From NCBI GenBank assembly GCA_963708025.1, contig CAVPSB010000031.1, positions 333,882 to 397,881 of the forward strand: a stretch of DNA of 64,000 bases. The letters are read 5' to 3'. Made by a program: the position numbers and the translations under genes. Within the stretch, counting starts at the first letter, position 1; each line of letters opens with the position of its first letter. This document shows, in pieces, positions 52,645 to 64,000 of this stretch. Below the pieces are notes generated by a model. It had not been told where the DNA came from, made no database searches, and saw nothing but the letters and a program-made list of their open reading frames with translations. The DNA is from an uncultured Candidatus Rokubacteria bacterium (GTDB lineage Bacteria > Methylomirabilota > Methylomirabilia > Rokubacteriales > DASRDR01).

Positions 52645-53436
52645 TTGAAGTCGGTGACCGTCCTCTGCATCGGTGACGTCTTCGGTGAGCCAGGGCGGCG
52701 GGCCCTGGCTCACTTTCTGCCGCGCCTGCGCGCGGAGCACGAGGTCGATCTCGTCATCGCCAACGTCGAGAACGCCGCCGCCGGCTTCGGGGTCACCCCG
52801 GCCCTGGCTCGGGGGTTCCTCGACGGGGCGGTGGACGTGCTGACCTCGGGCAACCACATCTGGGACCGGAAGGAGATCATCGAGTACATCGTCAAGGAGA
52901 ACCTGCTGCTCCGGCCCGCCAACTACCCGCGGGGCACGCCGGGGGTCGGCTCGGTCGTCGTGAAGGCGGGGGCGCACCGGGTCGGCGTCCTGAACCTCCA
53001 GGGCCGCGTCTTCATGACCCCGATCGACTGCCCGTTCATGACCGCCGACGCCGAGCTCGAGCGGCTCCGGGCGGAGACCCCGCTCATCGTCGTGGACATG
53101 CACGCCGAGGCGACCTCCGAGAAGCAGGCCATGGGCTGGTACCTCGACGGCCGCGTGTCGGCCGTCGTCGGCAGCCACTCCCACGTCCAGACCGCCGACG
53201 AGCGTCTCTTGCCGGGCGGGACCGCCTACCTGACCGATCTCGGGATCACCGGGCCCTTCGACTCGGTGATCGGCGTGGACAAGGCGCTCGCCATCGAGCG
53301 CTTCCTCACCGGCATGCCGAACCGCTTCGAGCCCGCGAAGGGCCGGGTCCGCGTCCAGGGCGCGGTGATCCGGATCGACGCCGAGTCGGGGCGAGCGGTC
53401 TCGATCGAGCGCGTCCAGCGCGAGCTGCCGGGCTAG
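52645..53436 (+). CDS. ymdB: YmdB-family metallophosphoesterase (TIGR00282-like)
   Basis: IGDVFGEPG, ANVENAAAG, TSGNHIWD, DMHAEATSEK, HSHVQTAD. Confidence 0.92.
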   Translation: MKSVTVLCIGDVFGEPGRRALAHFLPRLRAEHEVDLVIANVENAAAGFGVTPALARGFLDGAVDVLTSGNHIWDRKEIIEYIVKENLLLRPANYPRGTPGVGSVVVKAGAHRVGVLNLQGRVFMTPIDCPFMTADAELERLRAETPLIVVDMHAEATSEKQAMGWYLDGRVSAVVGSHSHVQTADERLLPGGTAYLTDLGITGPFDSVIGVDKALAIERFLTGMPNRFEPAKGRVRVQGAVIRIDAESGRAVSIERVQRELPG

Positions 53437-53448
53437 GAGGACAGGCCG

Positions 53449-54303
53449 GTGCCGCTGATCCTCGACGGCCGGCCGGTGGCGGCCAAGGTCCAGGACGGCG
53501 TGGCCACCGGGGTTGCCGCGCTGCGGGAGCGGGGCGTGACCCCGACGCTTGCGGTCGTCCTGGTGGGTGACGACCCGGCTTCCCGGGTCTACGTCGGCCG
53601 GAAAGAGGCGGCGTGCCGGGCCGTCGGCATCGTGGCCCGCGACCACCTCTTCCCGGACGGGGTGGACGAGGCCCGGCTGCTCGCGCTGGTCCACGAGCTG
53701 AACGGCGATCCCGCCGTGCACGGCATCCTCGTCCAGCTCCCGCTCCCGCCCGGGATCGACGAGGACCGCGTCATCTCCGCCGTCGACCCGCGGAAGGACG
53801 TCGACGGCTTCCACCCGGAGAACCTCGGCCGCCTGCTCGCCGGACACCCCGCGGTCGTTCCGGGCACGCCGGGTGGCATCCTGGAGATCCTCGACCACTA
53901 CGGCATCGAGCTGAAGGGCGCCGAGGCGGTCGTGGTGGGCCGCTCGCGCATCGTCGGCAAGCCGCTGAGCCAGCTCCTGCTCCTGCGCCACGCCACCGTC
54001 ACCGTCTGCCACACCCGCACCCGCGACCTGGCCGCTCACACCCGGCGAGCGGAGATCCTGGCCGTCGCGGCCGGGCGGCCCGGCGTCGTCACCGGAGAGA
54101 TGGTGCGGCCCGACGCGGTCGTCATCGACGTCGGGGTCAACCGCATGCCGGACGGCAAGCTGGCCGGCGACGTGGACTTCGCCTCGGTGGCCCCGCGGGT
54201 CCGCGCGATCACGCCGGTGCCGGGCGGAGTCGGGCCGATGACCGTGGCCATGCTGATGCGCAACACGCTGGCCGCCGCCCGGCGCCAGGCCGGGCTCGAC
54301 TGA
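53449..54303 (+). CDS. folD: Methylene-THF dehydrogenase/cyclohydrolase
   Basis: [37 protein letters not shown]. Confidence 0.97.
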   Translation: MPLILDGRPVAAKVQDGVATGVAALRERGVTPTLAVVLVGDDPASRVYVGRKEAACRAVGIVARDHLFPDGVDEARLLALVHELNGDPAVHGILVQLPLPPGIDEDRVISAVDPRKDVDGFHPENLGRLLAGHPAVVPGTPGGILEILDHYGIELKGAEAVVVGRSRIVGKPLSQLLLLRHATVTVCHTRTRDLAAHTRRAEILAVAAGRPGVVTGEMVRPDAVVIDVGVNRMPDGKLAGDVDFASVAPRVRAITPVPGGVGPMTVAMLMRNTLAAARRQAGLD

Positions 54304-54440
54304 AAAGCCGTGGAGCCAATGACCTCGAGCGTCCGTCGGGCCAGCCGGAGGGGGGGGGCCCGGAGGGACGCGGCGTCCGAGGGCCGCAGGGAGGCGCGCG
54401 GGCGGAGGAGCGCGTCGCTCCCCCCCGGCCCGAATAGCAC

Positions 54441-55814
54441 GTGGCGCAGCAGCTGGCCCTCGACCCCGGCCGGCGGGTCTACACCGTCTCCCAGCTCACC
54501 GCGGCGATCAAGGACCAGCTCGAGGCCCGATTCGGCGGCCTCTGGGTCGAGGGGGAGGTCTCGAACCTCCGGGTCCACAGCTCCGGCCACGTCTACTTCA
54601 CGCTGAAGGACGAGGGCGCCCAGGTCCGCGCCGTCCTCTTCAAGAGCCGAGTCCGCCGCCTCCGGTTCGCCCCCGAGGACGGCCTCCACGTCCTGGCCTT
54701 CGCGAACCTCGACGTCTACGCCGTGCGCGGCGAGTACCAGCTCGTCTGCGAGGTCCTGGAGCCCCGGGGGCTCGGCGCCCTCCAGCTCGCCTTCGAGCAG
54801 CTCAAGGCCCGTCTCCAGGCCGAGGGGCTCTTCGACCCCGGCCGGAAGCGCCCGCTGCCCGTCCTGCCCCGGCGCGTCGGCCTGGTCACCTCGCCGACGG
54901 GGGCGGCGGTGCGGGACTTCCTGCGGGTCATCACGCGCCGGTTCGCCGACGTCCACGTGCTCGTCTACCCGGTCCGGGTGCAGGGGGACACGGCGGCCGG
55001 GGAGATCGCCCGGGCCCTGTACGACCTGAACCGGCTGGGCGGCCTCGACGTCCTCGTGCTGGCCCGCGGCGGTGGGTCGCTGGAGGACCTGTGGGCCTTC
55101 AACGAGGAGGTGGTGGCGCGCGCGATCGCCGCCTCCAAGCTCCCGGTCATCTCGGCGGTCGGGCATGAGACCGACGTGACGATCGCCGACTTCGTGGCCG
55201 ACCTGCGGGCGCCGACGCCATCGGCCGCGGCCGAGCTGGTCGTGCGGGAGAAGGCCCAGCTCGTTCAGCACCTGGGGAGCCTCCGCGATCGGCTCCACGG
55301 GGTCATGCGGCAGCGGGTGCGGCGGCTCCGCGAGCGCCTCGACGACGTGCGGCGGCGGCGCGTCCTGACCGACCCCGCCCGACCGCTTCGCGATTGGCAC
55401 CGGCGGCTCGACGACCTGGCGGCGCGGCTCCAGCACGGGCTCGACCGGCGCCGACGCGAGGCCCGGGATCGTCTCGGGCGGGCCGCCCGGGCCCTTCGCC
55501 CCCAGCTTCTACGGGCGAACCTCCGCCACGACGCCCGTCACCTGGCTCAGCTCCGGGGTCGTCTCGAGCGCGCGGCCCGGGGCGAGGTGACGCGGCGGCG
55601 CCGCGCGATGGAGGCCGTGGCCGGCCGGCTCGACAGCCTGAGCCCCCTCGCGTGCCTGGCCCGTGGCTACAGCATCTGCACCCTGCCGTCCGGCGAGGTC
55701 GTGGTGCGGGCCTCGCAGGTCGCCTCGGGGGCGACGGTGTCGGTGCGGCTCCGGGAGGGCCGCCTCGGCTGCCGGGTCGACGAGGTGAGGGACGGAGCGC
55801 GGGACGATGCCTGA
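54441..55814 (+). CDS. xseA: Exodeoxyribonuclease VII large subunit
   Basis: GEVSN, SGHVYFTLKD, RGGGSLEDLWAFNEE, GHETD, TPSAAAE. Confidence 0.97.
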   Translation: MAQQLALDPGRRVYTVSQLTAAIKDQLEARFGGLWVEGEVSNLRVHSSGHVYFTLKDEGAQVRAVLFKSRVRRLRFAPEDGLHVLAFANLDVYAVRGEYQLVCEVLEPRGLGALQLAFEQLKARLQAEGLFDPGRKRPLPVLPRRVGLVTSPTGAAVRDFLRVITRRFADVHVLVYPVRVQGDTAAGEIARALYDLNRLGGLDVLVLARGGGSLEDLWAFNEEVVARAIAASKLPVISAVGHETDVTIADFVADLRAPTPSAAAELVVREKAQLVQHLGSLRDRLHGVMRQRVRRLRERLDDVRRRRVLTDPARPLRDWHRRLDDLAARLQHGLDRRRREARDRLGRAARALRPQLLRANLRHDARHLAQLRGRLERAARGEVTRRRRAMEAVAGRLDSLSPLACLARGYSICTLPSGEVVVRASQVASGATVSVRLREGRLGCRVDEVRDGARDDA

Positions 55815-56070
55815 GGCGCCCACCGGCGGCGCGGCCGAGCCGAAGTTCGAGGAGGCAATGGCGCGGCTCGAGCAGATCGTCCACGCGCTGGAGGCGGGCA
55901 ACCTCTCGCTCGACGACTCGCTCCGTGCCTTCGAGGAGGGGACCGCACTCCTCCGGCACTGCGCGCGGCGGCTCGAGCAGACCGAGCGCCGGATCGAGGT
56001 GCTGATGCAGGACGAGTCGGGCGGGCTCAAGGCGCAACCCTTCAAGTGGGAAGAGGGCGAAGAGCGGTGA
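55807..56070 (+). CDS. xseB: Exodeoxyribonuclease VII small subunit
   Basis: FEEAMARLEQIV..LE.G.LSLDDSLRAFEEG. Confidence 0.95.
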   Translation: MPEAPTGGAAEPKFEEAMARLEQIVHALEAGNLSLDDSLRAFEEGTALLRHCARRLEQTERRIEVLMQDESGGLKAQPFKWEEGEER

Positions 56071-56963
56071 GCTTCGACCTCGAGGCCTATCTCGCCGAGC
56101 GACGGCGCGCCGTCGACGAGGCGCTGGAGCGCGTGCTCCCGCCGGCCACCACGTATCCGCCCGCGATCCACGAGGCCATGCGCTATAGCGTGTTCGCCGG
56201 CGGGAAGCGGCTCCGCCCGATCCTGGTCATCGCCGGCGCCGAGGTGGCCGGCGGGCGGATGGCCGACGTCATGCCCACTGCCTGCGCCTTCGAGCTGATC
56301 CACACCTACTCGCTGATCCACGACGACCTGCCCGCCATGGACGACGACGACTACCGGCGGGGGCGGCTGACCAGCCACAAGGTCTTCGGCGAGGCGATGG
56401 CCATCCTGGCCGGCGACGCGCTCCTGACCCACGCGCTCGGGCTCGTCGCCTCGAACTTCGCCCTCGGCAAGGCGCCGGCCGAGGGCTGCCCCCGGCTGAT
56501 CGCGGAGATCACGGACGCCGCCGGGACGCCGGGGATGATCGGTGGCCAGGTCGTCGACGTCGAGTCGGAGGGCCGGGAGGTGTCAGCCGAGACCCTCGAG
56601 TACATCCACACCCACAAGACCGGCGCCCTGATCCGGGCGGCGCTCCGCGCCGGCGCGCTCCTGGGCGGGGCCGGGGAGCCCGTCCTCGACGCCCTCGGCG
56701 CCTACGGCGAGCGGCTCGGTCTCGTCTTCCAGATCGTCGACGACATCCTCGACGTGGAGGGGTCGCTCGAGACCCTCGGCAAGACGGCGGGCAGTGACCG
56801 CCGCAAGAAGAAGGTCACCTATCCCGATTTCCACGGCCTGGAGCAGGCCCGGGCCCGGGCGATCACCCTGACCGCCGAGGCCCACGCGGCGCTGGCGCCG
56901 CTGGGGCCGGCGGCGGCGCCGCTCGGCGCCCTGGCCGACTTCGTGCTCCAGCGCAATGCGTAG
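56067..56963 (+). CDS. ispA: Farnesyl/geranylgeranyl diphosphate synthase
   Basis: GGKRLRP, SLIHDDLPAMDDDDYRRG, FQIVDDILD, GKTAGSD. Confidence 0.94.
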   Translation: MSFDLEAYLAERRRAVDEALERVLPPATTYPPAIHEAMRYSVFAGGKRLRPILVIAGAEVAGGRMADVMPTACAFELIHTYSLIHDDLPAMDDDDYRRGRLTSHKVFGEAMAILAGDALLTHALGLVASNFALGKAPAEGCPRLIAEITDAAGTPGMIGGQVVDVESEGREVSAETLEYIHTHKTGALIRAALRAGALLGGAGEPVLDALGAYGERLGLVFQIVDDILDVEGSLETLGKTAGSDRRKKKVTYPDFHGLEQARARAITLTAEAHAALAPLGPAAAPLGALADFVLQRNA

Positions 56964-57111
56964 GGGGCGGGGCCGATGAGCGTCGCATCGCGTCGTCCTT
57001 GGTCGGAGCCGATTCTCGGCGTACTCGGAGTACGCCTGCGGTGGGCTCCTCCCTGCGTCGATCGGACGGCCTTCGGCCTGTGGGCGCTGCTCGCTCCTCG
57101 GCCCCGCCCCC
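56963..57111 (+). repeat. Repeat family B, copy 4 (carries module M)
   Basis: GGGGGCGGGGCCGA...TCGGCCCCGCCCCC terminal IR; central GGCGTACTCGGAGTACGCC. Confidence 0.9.
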
Positions 57112-57158
57112 GGGAGCTTGACTCGTTTATCATGACCTTGGCGCCGCAAGGATCGTAG

Positions 57159-58801
<1,643 letters not shown>

Positions 58802-58817
58802 GGCGCTCGAGACCGCG

Positions 58818-60383
58818 ATGGACTGGCTGCCGCCCCTTGCGCCGTGGCTGTTCGTTCTCACCCTGCTGTTCAACTGCCGGGCCGCATGGAAGCTGGTGAT
58901 CGACTGGCGGGGCATGGTCACGACCGTGCGCTACGTCCGCGCGGCCTACGCCCGCCGGCCCGACTGGCCGACCGAGGAGACGCTCGAGCGCGAGGCCGGG
59001 GCCCCCGTCTTCCTCCACCTCCTGGCCGCCTACCAGGAGCCCGACATCGCCCGCACCCTGCGCGGACTCCTCGACGCCCGCTACCCGCAGGGCAAGGTGC
59101 GCTACGTCGTCGTCACCAAGGCCGCCGAGGAGGAGGCACCCCACCCGGCCATGAGCGAGAGTACGGGGGCGCTCATCCGGAAGTTCCTCGGCGAGTTGCC
59201 GCCCTACGAGGCCAAGCGGCTCACCTACCTGGTCATGCCGGGGCCCGGTCGCAAGGCCGAGCAGCTCAACTGGGCGCTCCGCCCCGCGATCCTGGGGGCG
59301 ATCCTCGAGGACCTCGCCGTCGAGCCAGCCCGGGTGTTCGTCGCCGTCTCCGACGCCGACTCCGTGCCCGACCCCGACACCTATCGCTGGATCGCCGCCG
59401 AGGAGCTGGCCGGGCGATCGGCCCTCGCCTATCAGGGCGTCACGCTCTCGCTCGGCAACTGGGCGGCCCTCGACACCCGGGGCCGGATCTGCGCCATCCA
59501 GCAGTCGTCGATCTTCCTGCGAGTCTCGATCGCGCGCCTGATCAACGAGGTCAAGCGGATCCGCGTCATCGACGCGGTGCTGAGGTCACTGCCGGCCGCG
59601 CTCGGCCGCGGCGTGCGGCCGGTCCTGGAATTCTGTCTCCGGCGCTCCCAGATCTGCCTCGGCCACCAGCAGTTCGTACGGCTGGACCTTCTGCGCGAGC
59701 TGGGCGGCTTCCCGACCCGCGGGGCGACCGAGGACTCCACGCTCGGCTACATGCTGGGCGCCCGCGGCCTGCTGATCCGCGCGTTGCCGCTCGTCGAGCT
59801 GACCGACCTCCCGGAGACGAAGGCCAAGATCGTGCGCCAGAACGCCCGCTGGTACAAGGGCGTGCTCGACGACGTGCCCCATCTCTGGGGGACGTGGCGC
59901 CGGGCGCCGACCGCGTTCAACCTGGCCCAGCTCCTCCGCCACGTCGGCAACAAGGTGGTGGAGTGGCCGGTCGCCGCGCTCGTGTACCCGCTGATGGGCT
60001 ACCTCGGCTGGCACTTCGCCTACGCGTACCGGAGCGAGCAGCCCCTCCTGTTCTTCGTGGCGGTGATCGTCCCCACGCTGTCGCTCGGCCTCAGCGTCTG
60101 GGTCGGCGGGATCGAGACCCACCGGGCCGTGCGGGCCCTGCAGCCGTACCTGCCGCGGCCGGTCTCGGTCGAGTGGCGGACGTGGCCGGAGCAGTTCTCG
60201 GGAACCTTCCGCTGCCAGGGCTACTGGCTCCTCGCCACTCGCGCCGCCTGGCAGGTGCTGTGGCAGCTCGCCCGAACCGGCCGCTACGAGCCCATCAAGA
60301 CCGACCGCGTCCTCCGCCAGGCGCCCGGCCGGGACTGGCTCTCGCGCCTGACGCGGCTTGACACGCACAAGCCGGCGCAGTAA
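58818..60383 (+). CDS. Membrane glycosyltransferase family 2 (processive type)
   Basis: LAAYQE, KAEQLNWAL, SDADS, TED and QNARW (QxxRW) motifs with flanking TM helices. Confidence 0.85.
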   Translation: MDWLPPLAPWLFVLTLLFNCRAAWKLVIDWRGMVTTVRYVRAAYARRPDWPTEETLEREAGAPVFLHLLAAYQEPDIARTLRGLLDARYPQGKVRYVVVTKAAEEEAPHPAMSESTGALIRKFLGELPPYEAKRLTYLVMPGPGRKAEQLNWALRPAILGAILEDLAVEPARVFVAVSDADSVPDPDTYRWIAAEELAGRSALAYQGVTLSLGNWAALDTRGRICAIQQSSIFLRVSIARLINEVKRIRVIDAVLRSLPAALGRGVRPVLEFCLRRSQICLGHQQFVRLDLLRELGGFPTRGATEDSTLGYMLGARGLLIRALPLVELTDLPETKAKIVRQNARWYKGVLDDVPHLWGTWRRAPTAFNLAQLLRHVGNKVVEWPVAALVYPLMGYLGWHFAYAYRSEQPLLFFVAVIVPTLSLGLSVWVGGIETHRAVRALQPYLPRPVSVEWRTWPEQFSGTFRCQGYWLLATRAAWQVLWQLARTGRYEPIKTDRVLRQAPGRDWLSRLTRLDTHKPAQ

Positions 60384-60386
60384 GGT
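60358..60386 (+). promoter_or_regulatory. Promoter of tRNA-fMet, embedded in the 3' end of the GT2 gene
   Basis: TTGACA 60358-60363, 17 nt, TAAGGT 60381-60386. Confidence 0.65.
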
Positions 60387-60398
60387 AAGGCTCGACAC

Positions 60399-62129
<1,731 letters not shown>

Positions 62130-62145
<16 letters not shown>

Positions 62146-62420
62146 GCCTCCGTCGTCGCCCTCGGCTTCGAGCTCGCTCGAGTGGCGTGCTGGGCTGCGG
62201 CCGTGGCGTCCCTCCGGGCAGCCTGGACCAGCAGGCCCGCCACGAAGGTCAGCCACGCCTGCACCGCGGCGGAACGGTCCGGCAACGGCGTCGGCTGGTC
62301 GGCCCCGGCGTGCCGACGGCACCGCCCCACGGCCTGACCTCGGGCGTGCGAGGCAGTATCGGCGAGCCGCTTCGCGGCGTCAAGCGCCCTGGCGTGTCGC
62401 GTGGGCCCGATCGCGTCCAT
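62130..62420 (-). CDS. Small hypothetical protein between the two recombinases
   Basis: Fills the gap and overlaps the recombinase start; amphipathic AVQAWLTFVAGLLVQAARR helix; start uncertain. Confidence 0.45.
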
Positions 62421-64000
62421 GGACGGTTAGCCCGGTGCCTCGCCCCCGCCGGGCGGGTCCTGGTGGACCGGCAGCCCCCGCGAGGAGCTTGCGCTGCATC
62501 GTGGCTTCCTTCCACGGGTTGCCCGCCCGAGTGACAAGCCCCAACGCATTTGCGCGCTCGACGAGGGCCTGCACGGTCAGGCGGGGGGCCCATTCGGTCG
62601 GCCATTGGATCAGGGCCTGCTCCCGGGCCACGCCACGCGAGGGGACACCCTGCTCGCTTAAGGTCTGCCACACGTAGTTGTAGGTGAGAGGCCGTCCCTG
62701 CTGGGTCTGGACCCCTGCGTCATTCAACTGGGTGACAATGGCTGGGATCGCGAGGCCCGCCTCGTGGAGGGTCCGCACCGCCGCAGGAATCGAGATAGGG
62801 GAAGGAAGCGGCGGGATACCGACCACTCGCCCATCGCGTAGCCGTCGCACTGCTGTGCGGAGCCGCGAAAGGGTCCACACTCCCAACGGATGACGCAGCC
62901 CTTTGACGTTCAACTCCTCGAGGATCGTGCGAAAGGGCACGTGCGCGGTGAGACGGGCGTGGATATGCTGGTACGGCGTCAGATCCTCGGGGCGCTTGAG
63001 CCCAGTCGCCGTCATGACATTTCGGACGACTTGGGCGGAGTACCTGTTGTTTCCACACCGGCCCAGCTTCCGAATCGCGACATGCTGATTGAGCCGTTCG
63101 GTCGTCTGCTCGGGCGACAAGCCTTCACCGATTGCCTGGACAATGAATTGCCGCACGCCTTCGGTCGTGAGGAGCTGATGGGTTGTCTCCGCTCCACCGG
63201 TCCATGTGATGGTCAGAGTCCAGGCGCCGGGACTCGGCATCAATGTGATGGTGCGGATCACCATCCGCACAAGGGTCTTGCGCTGCTCGAGCGTCACCGA
63301 CGGATGACGCCACAGTGCCGGCAGATCGCCGGCCAGGCCGCGGAGCTCCTCTAGATCTGGGCCATCGAGCGAGAGTGGCGGGACGAGGGGATGAAGCTGG
63401 TGTGTGGCTTGGAGATCCTGGAGCTGTCGGAGGCGCTGGTCCAAGCGTTGGGCAAACCGCTGGCGCACGGCCACCTGATCGGGAAGCGTGGCGTCGAAAG
63501 CTCGCTCGGCCTCGTCCACCGCCTGTTGAGCGCGATGGAGCTCGTCCTCACGGGCACGGACGCGAGCGTGGTGCTCGCGGAGGGCCTCGCGTGCCATCTC
63601 AGCCAGCTGCCCGACCGACGCTGGGGCGAGTACGCGGAGGATGTCGGCCTCGACGAGGCTGTCGATCGCCTTGGCCCTGACGGACACGCACCCTCGACCC
63701 GGCGCTATGTCGATCTCTGGGTTGCAGCGATACCGCGCTCCACGGATCACACGTCCCTGCTGGTTCTGGCGGTCGGATACTTGGTGTAGAAGACCACGAC
63801 CATGAATGGCGCGACGGAGGAGGCCCTGGACGAGGGCTTGGCCGCGACCGAGTGGGCCGCGGAGGGTGTTCCGGTTGCCGGCGAGAGCGCTTCTCGGTCG
63901 TTCCCCCCTGGGCTGGCGTGATGTAGCCCTCGTGGTGGTCGGGGACCTGGATCCAATCCCTGATCGGGCGGCGGGTCTGGACGGCTCCCCGTCGGGATAC
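62380..64000 (-). CDS. Second large serine recombinase-family protein (5' part outside the window) with an extended tail of repeated HTH-like modules
   Basis: DWIQVPDHHEGYI at ~63960-63920; after a shift GRGQALVQGLLR..., coiled coil, DLPALWRHPSVTLEQRKTLVRMVI...ITWTGG typical of LSR C-termini. Confidence 0.8.
   Translation of the reverse strand, partial: YPDGEPSRPAARSGIGSRSPTTTRATSRQPRGERPRSALAGNRNTLRGPLGRGQALVQGLLRRAIHGRGLLHQVSDRQNQQGRVIRGARYRCNPEIDIAPGRGCVSVRAKAIDSLVEADILRVLAPASVGQLAEMAREALREHHARVRAREDELHRAQQAVDEAERAFDATLPDQVAVRQRFAQRLDQRLRQLQDLQATHQLHPLVPPLSLDGPDLEELRGLAGDLPALWRHPSVTLEQRKTLVRMVIRTITLMPSPGAWTLTITWTGGAETTHQLLTTEGVRQFIVQAIGEGLSPEQTTERLNQHVAIRKLGRCGNNRYSAQVVRNVMTATGLKRPEDLTPYQHIHARLTAHVPFRTILEELNVKGLRHPLGVWTLSRLRTAVRRLRDGRVVGIPPLPSPISIPAAVRTLHEAGLAIPAIVTQLNDAGVQTQQGRPLTYNYVWQTLSEQGVPSRGVAREQALIQWPTEWAPRLTVQALVERANALGLVTRAGNPWKEATMQRKLLAGAAGPPGPARRGRGTGLTVHGRDRAHATRQGA

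Overview
High-GC bacterial chromosomal window, mostly housekeeping genes and nearly all on the + strand. Gene content suggests a diderm such as Ca. Rokubacteria/Methylomirabilota; this is inference and was not tested. Gene order: pilM(3' end)NOPQ, a secreted hypothetical, aroB, two Ig-like lipoproteins, a secreted thermonuclease-like protein (-), a TPR protein, efp-accB-[TPR zinc peptidase]-accC, a GT-C-like membrane protein, thiE, two tandem liv-type ABC operons, MaoC/FAD oxidase/aldehyde dehydrogenase, gcvT-H-PA-PB, lipoate ligase, NUDIX, pepA, PHP, aroF, TonB-like, tRNA-Val, thrS-infC-rpmI-rplT, DinB, pheST, zapB-zapA, 6S RNA, rny, ymdB, folD, xseAB, ispA, eno, ftsB, GT2, initiator tRNA-Met. 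The window ends in the edge of an integrated element with two large serine recombinases. Most interesting signals: (1) a 25-codon Phe/Tyr leader peptide and attenuator upstream of DAHP synthase, missing from the ORF track; (2) three intergenic palindromic repeat families, one with covarying stems and one carrying the downstream gene's RBS, all hosting the same optional ~22-nt hairpin micro-module; (3) a recombinase whose reading frame ends inside or beyond the antisense tRNA-fMet, next to a second recombinase with a tail of repeated HTH-like modules; (4) a secreted, probably inactive nuclease that shares a repeated beta module with the gene after pilQ. Several 1-nt frameshifts, mostly at short base runs, look like consensus errors.
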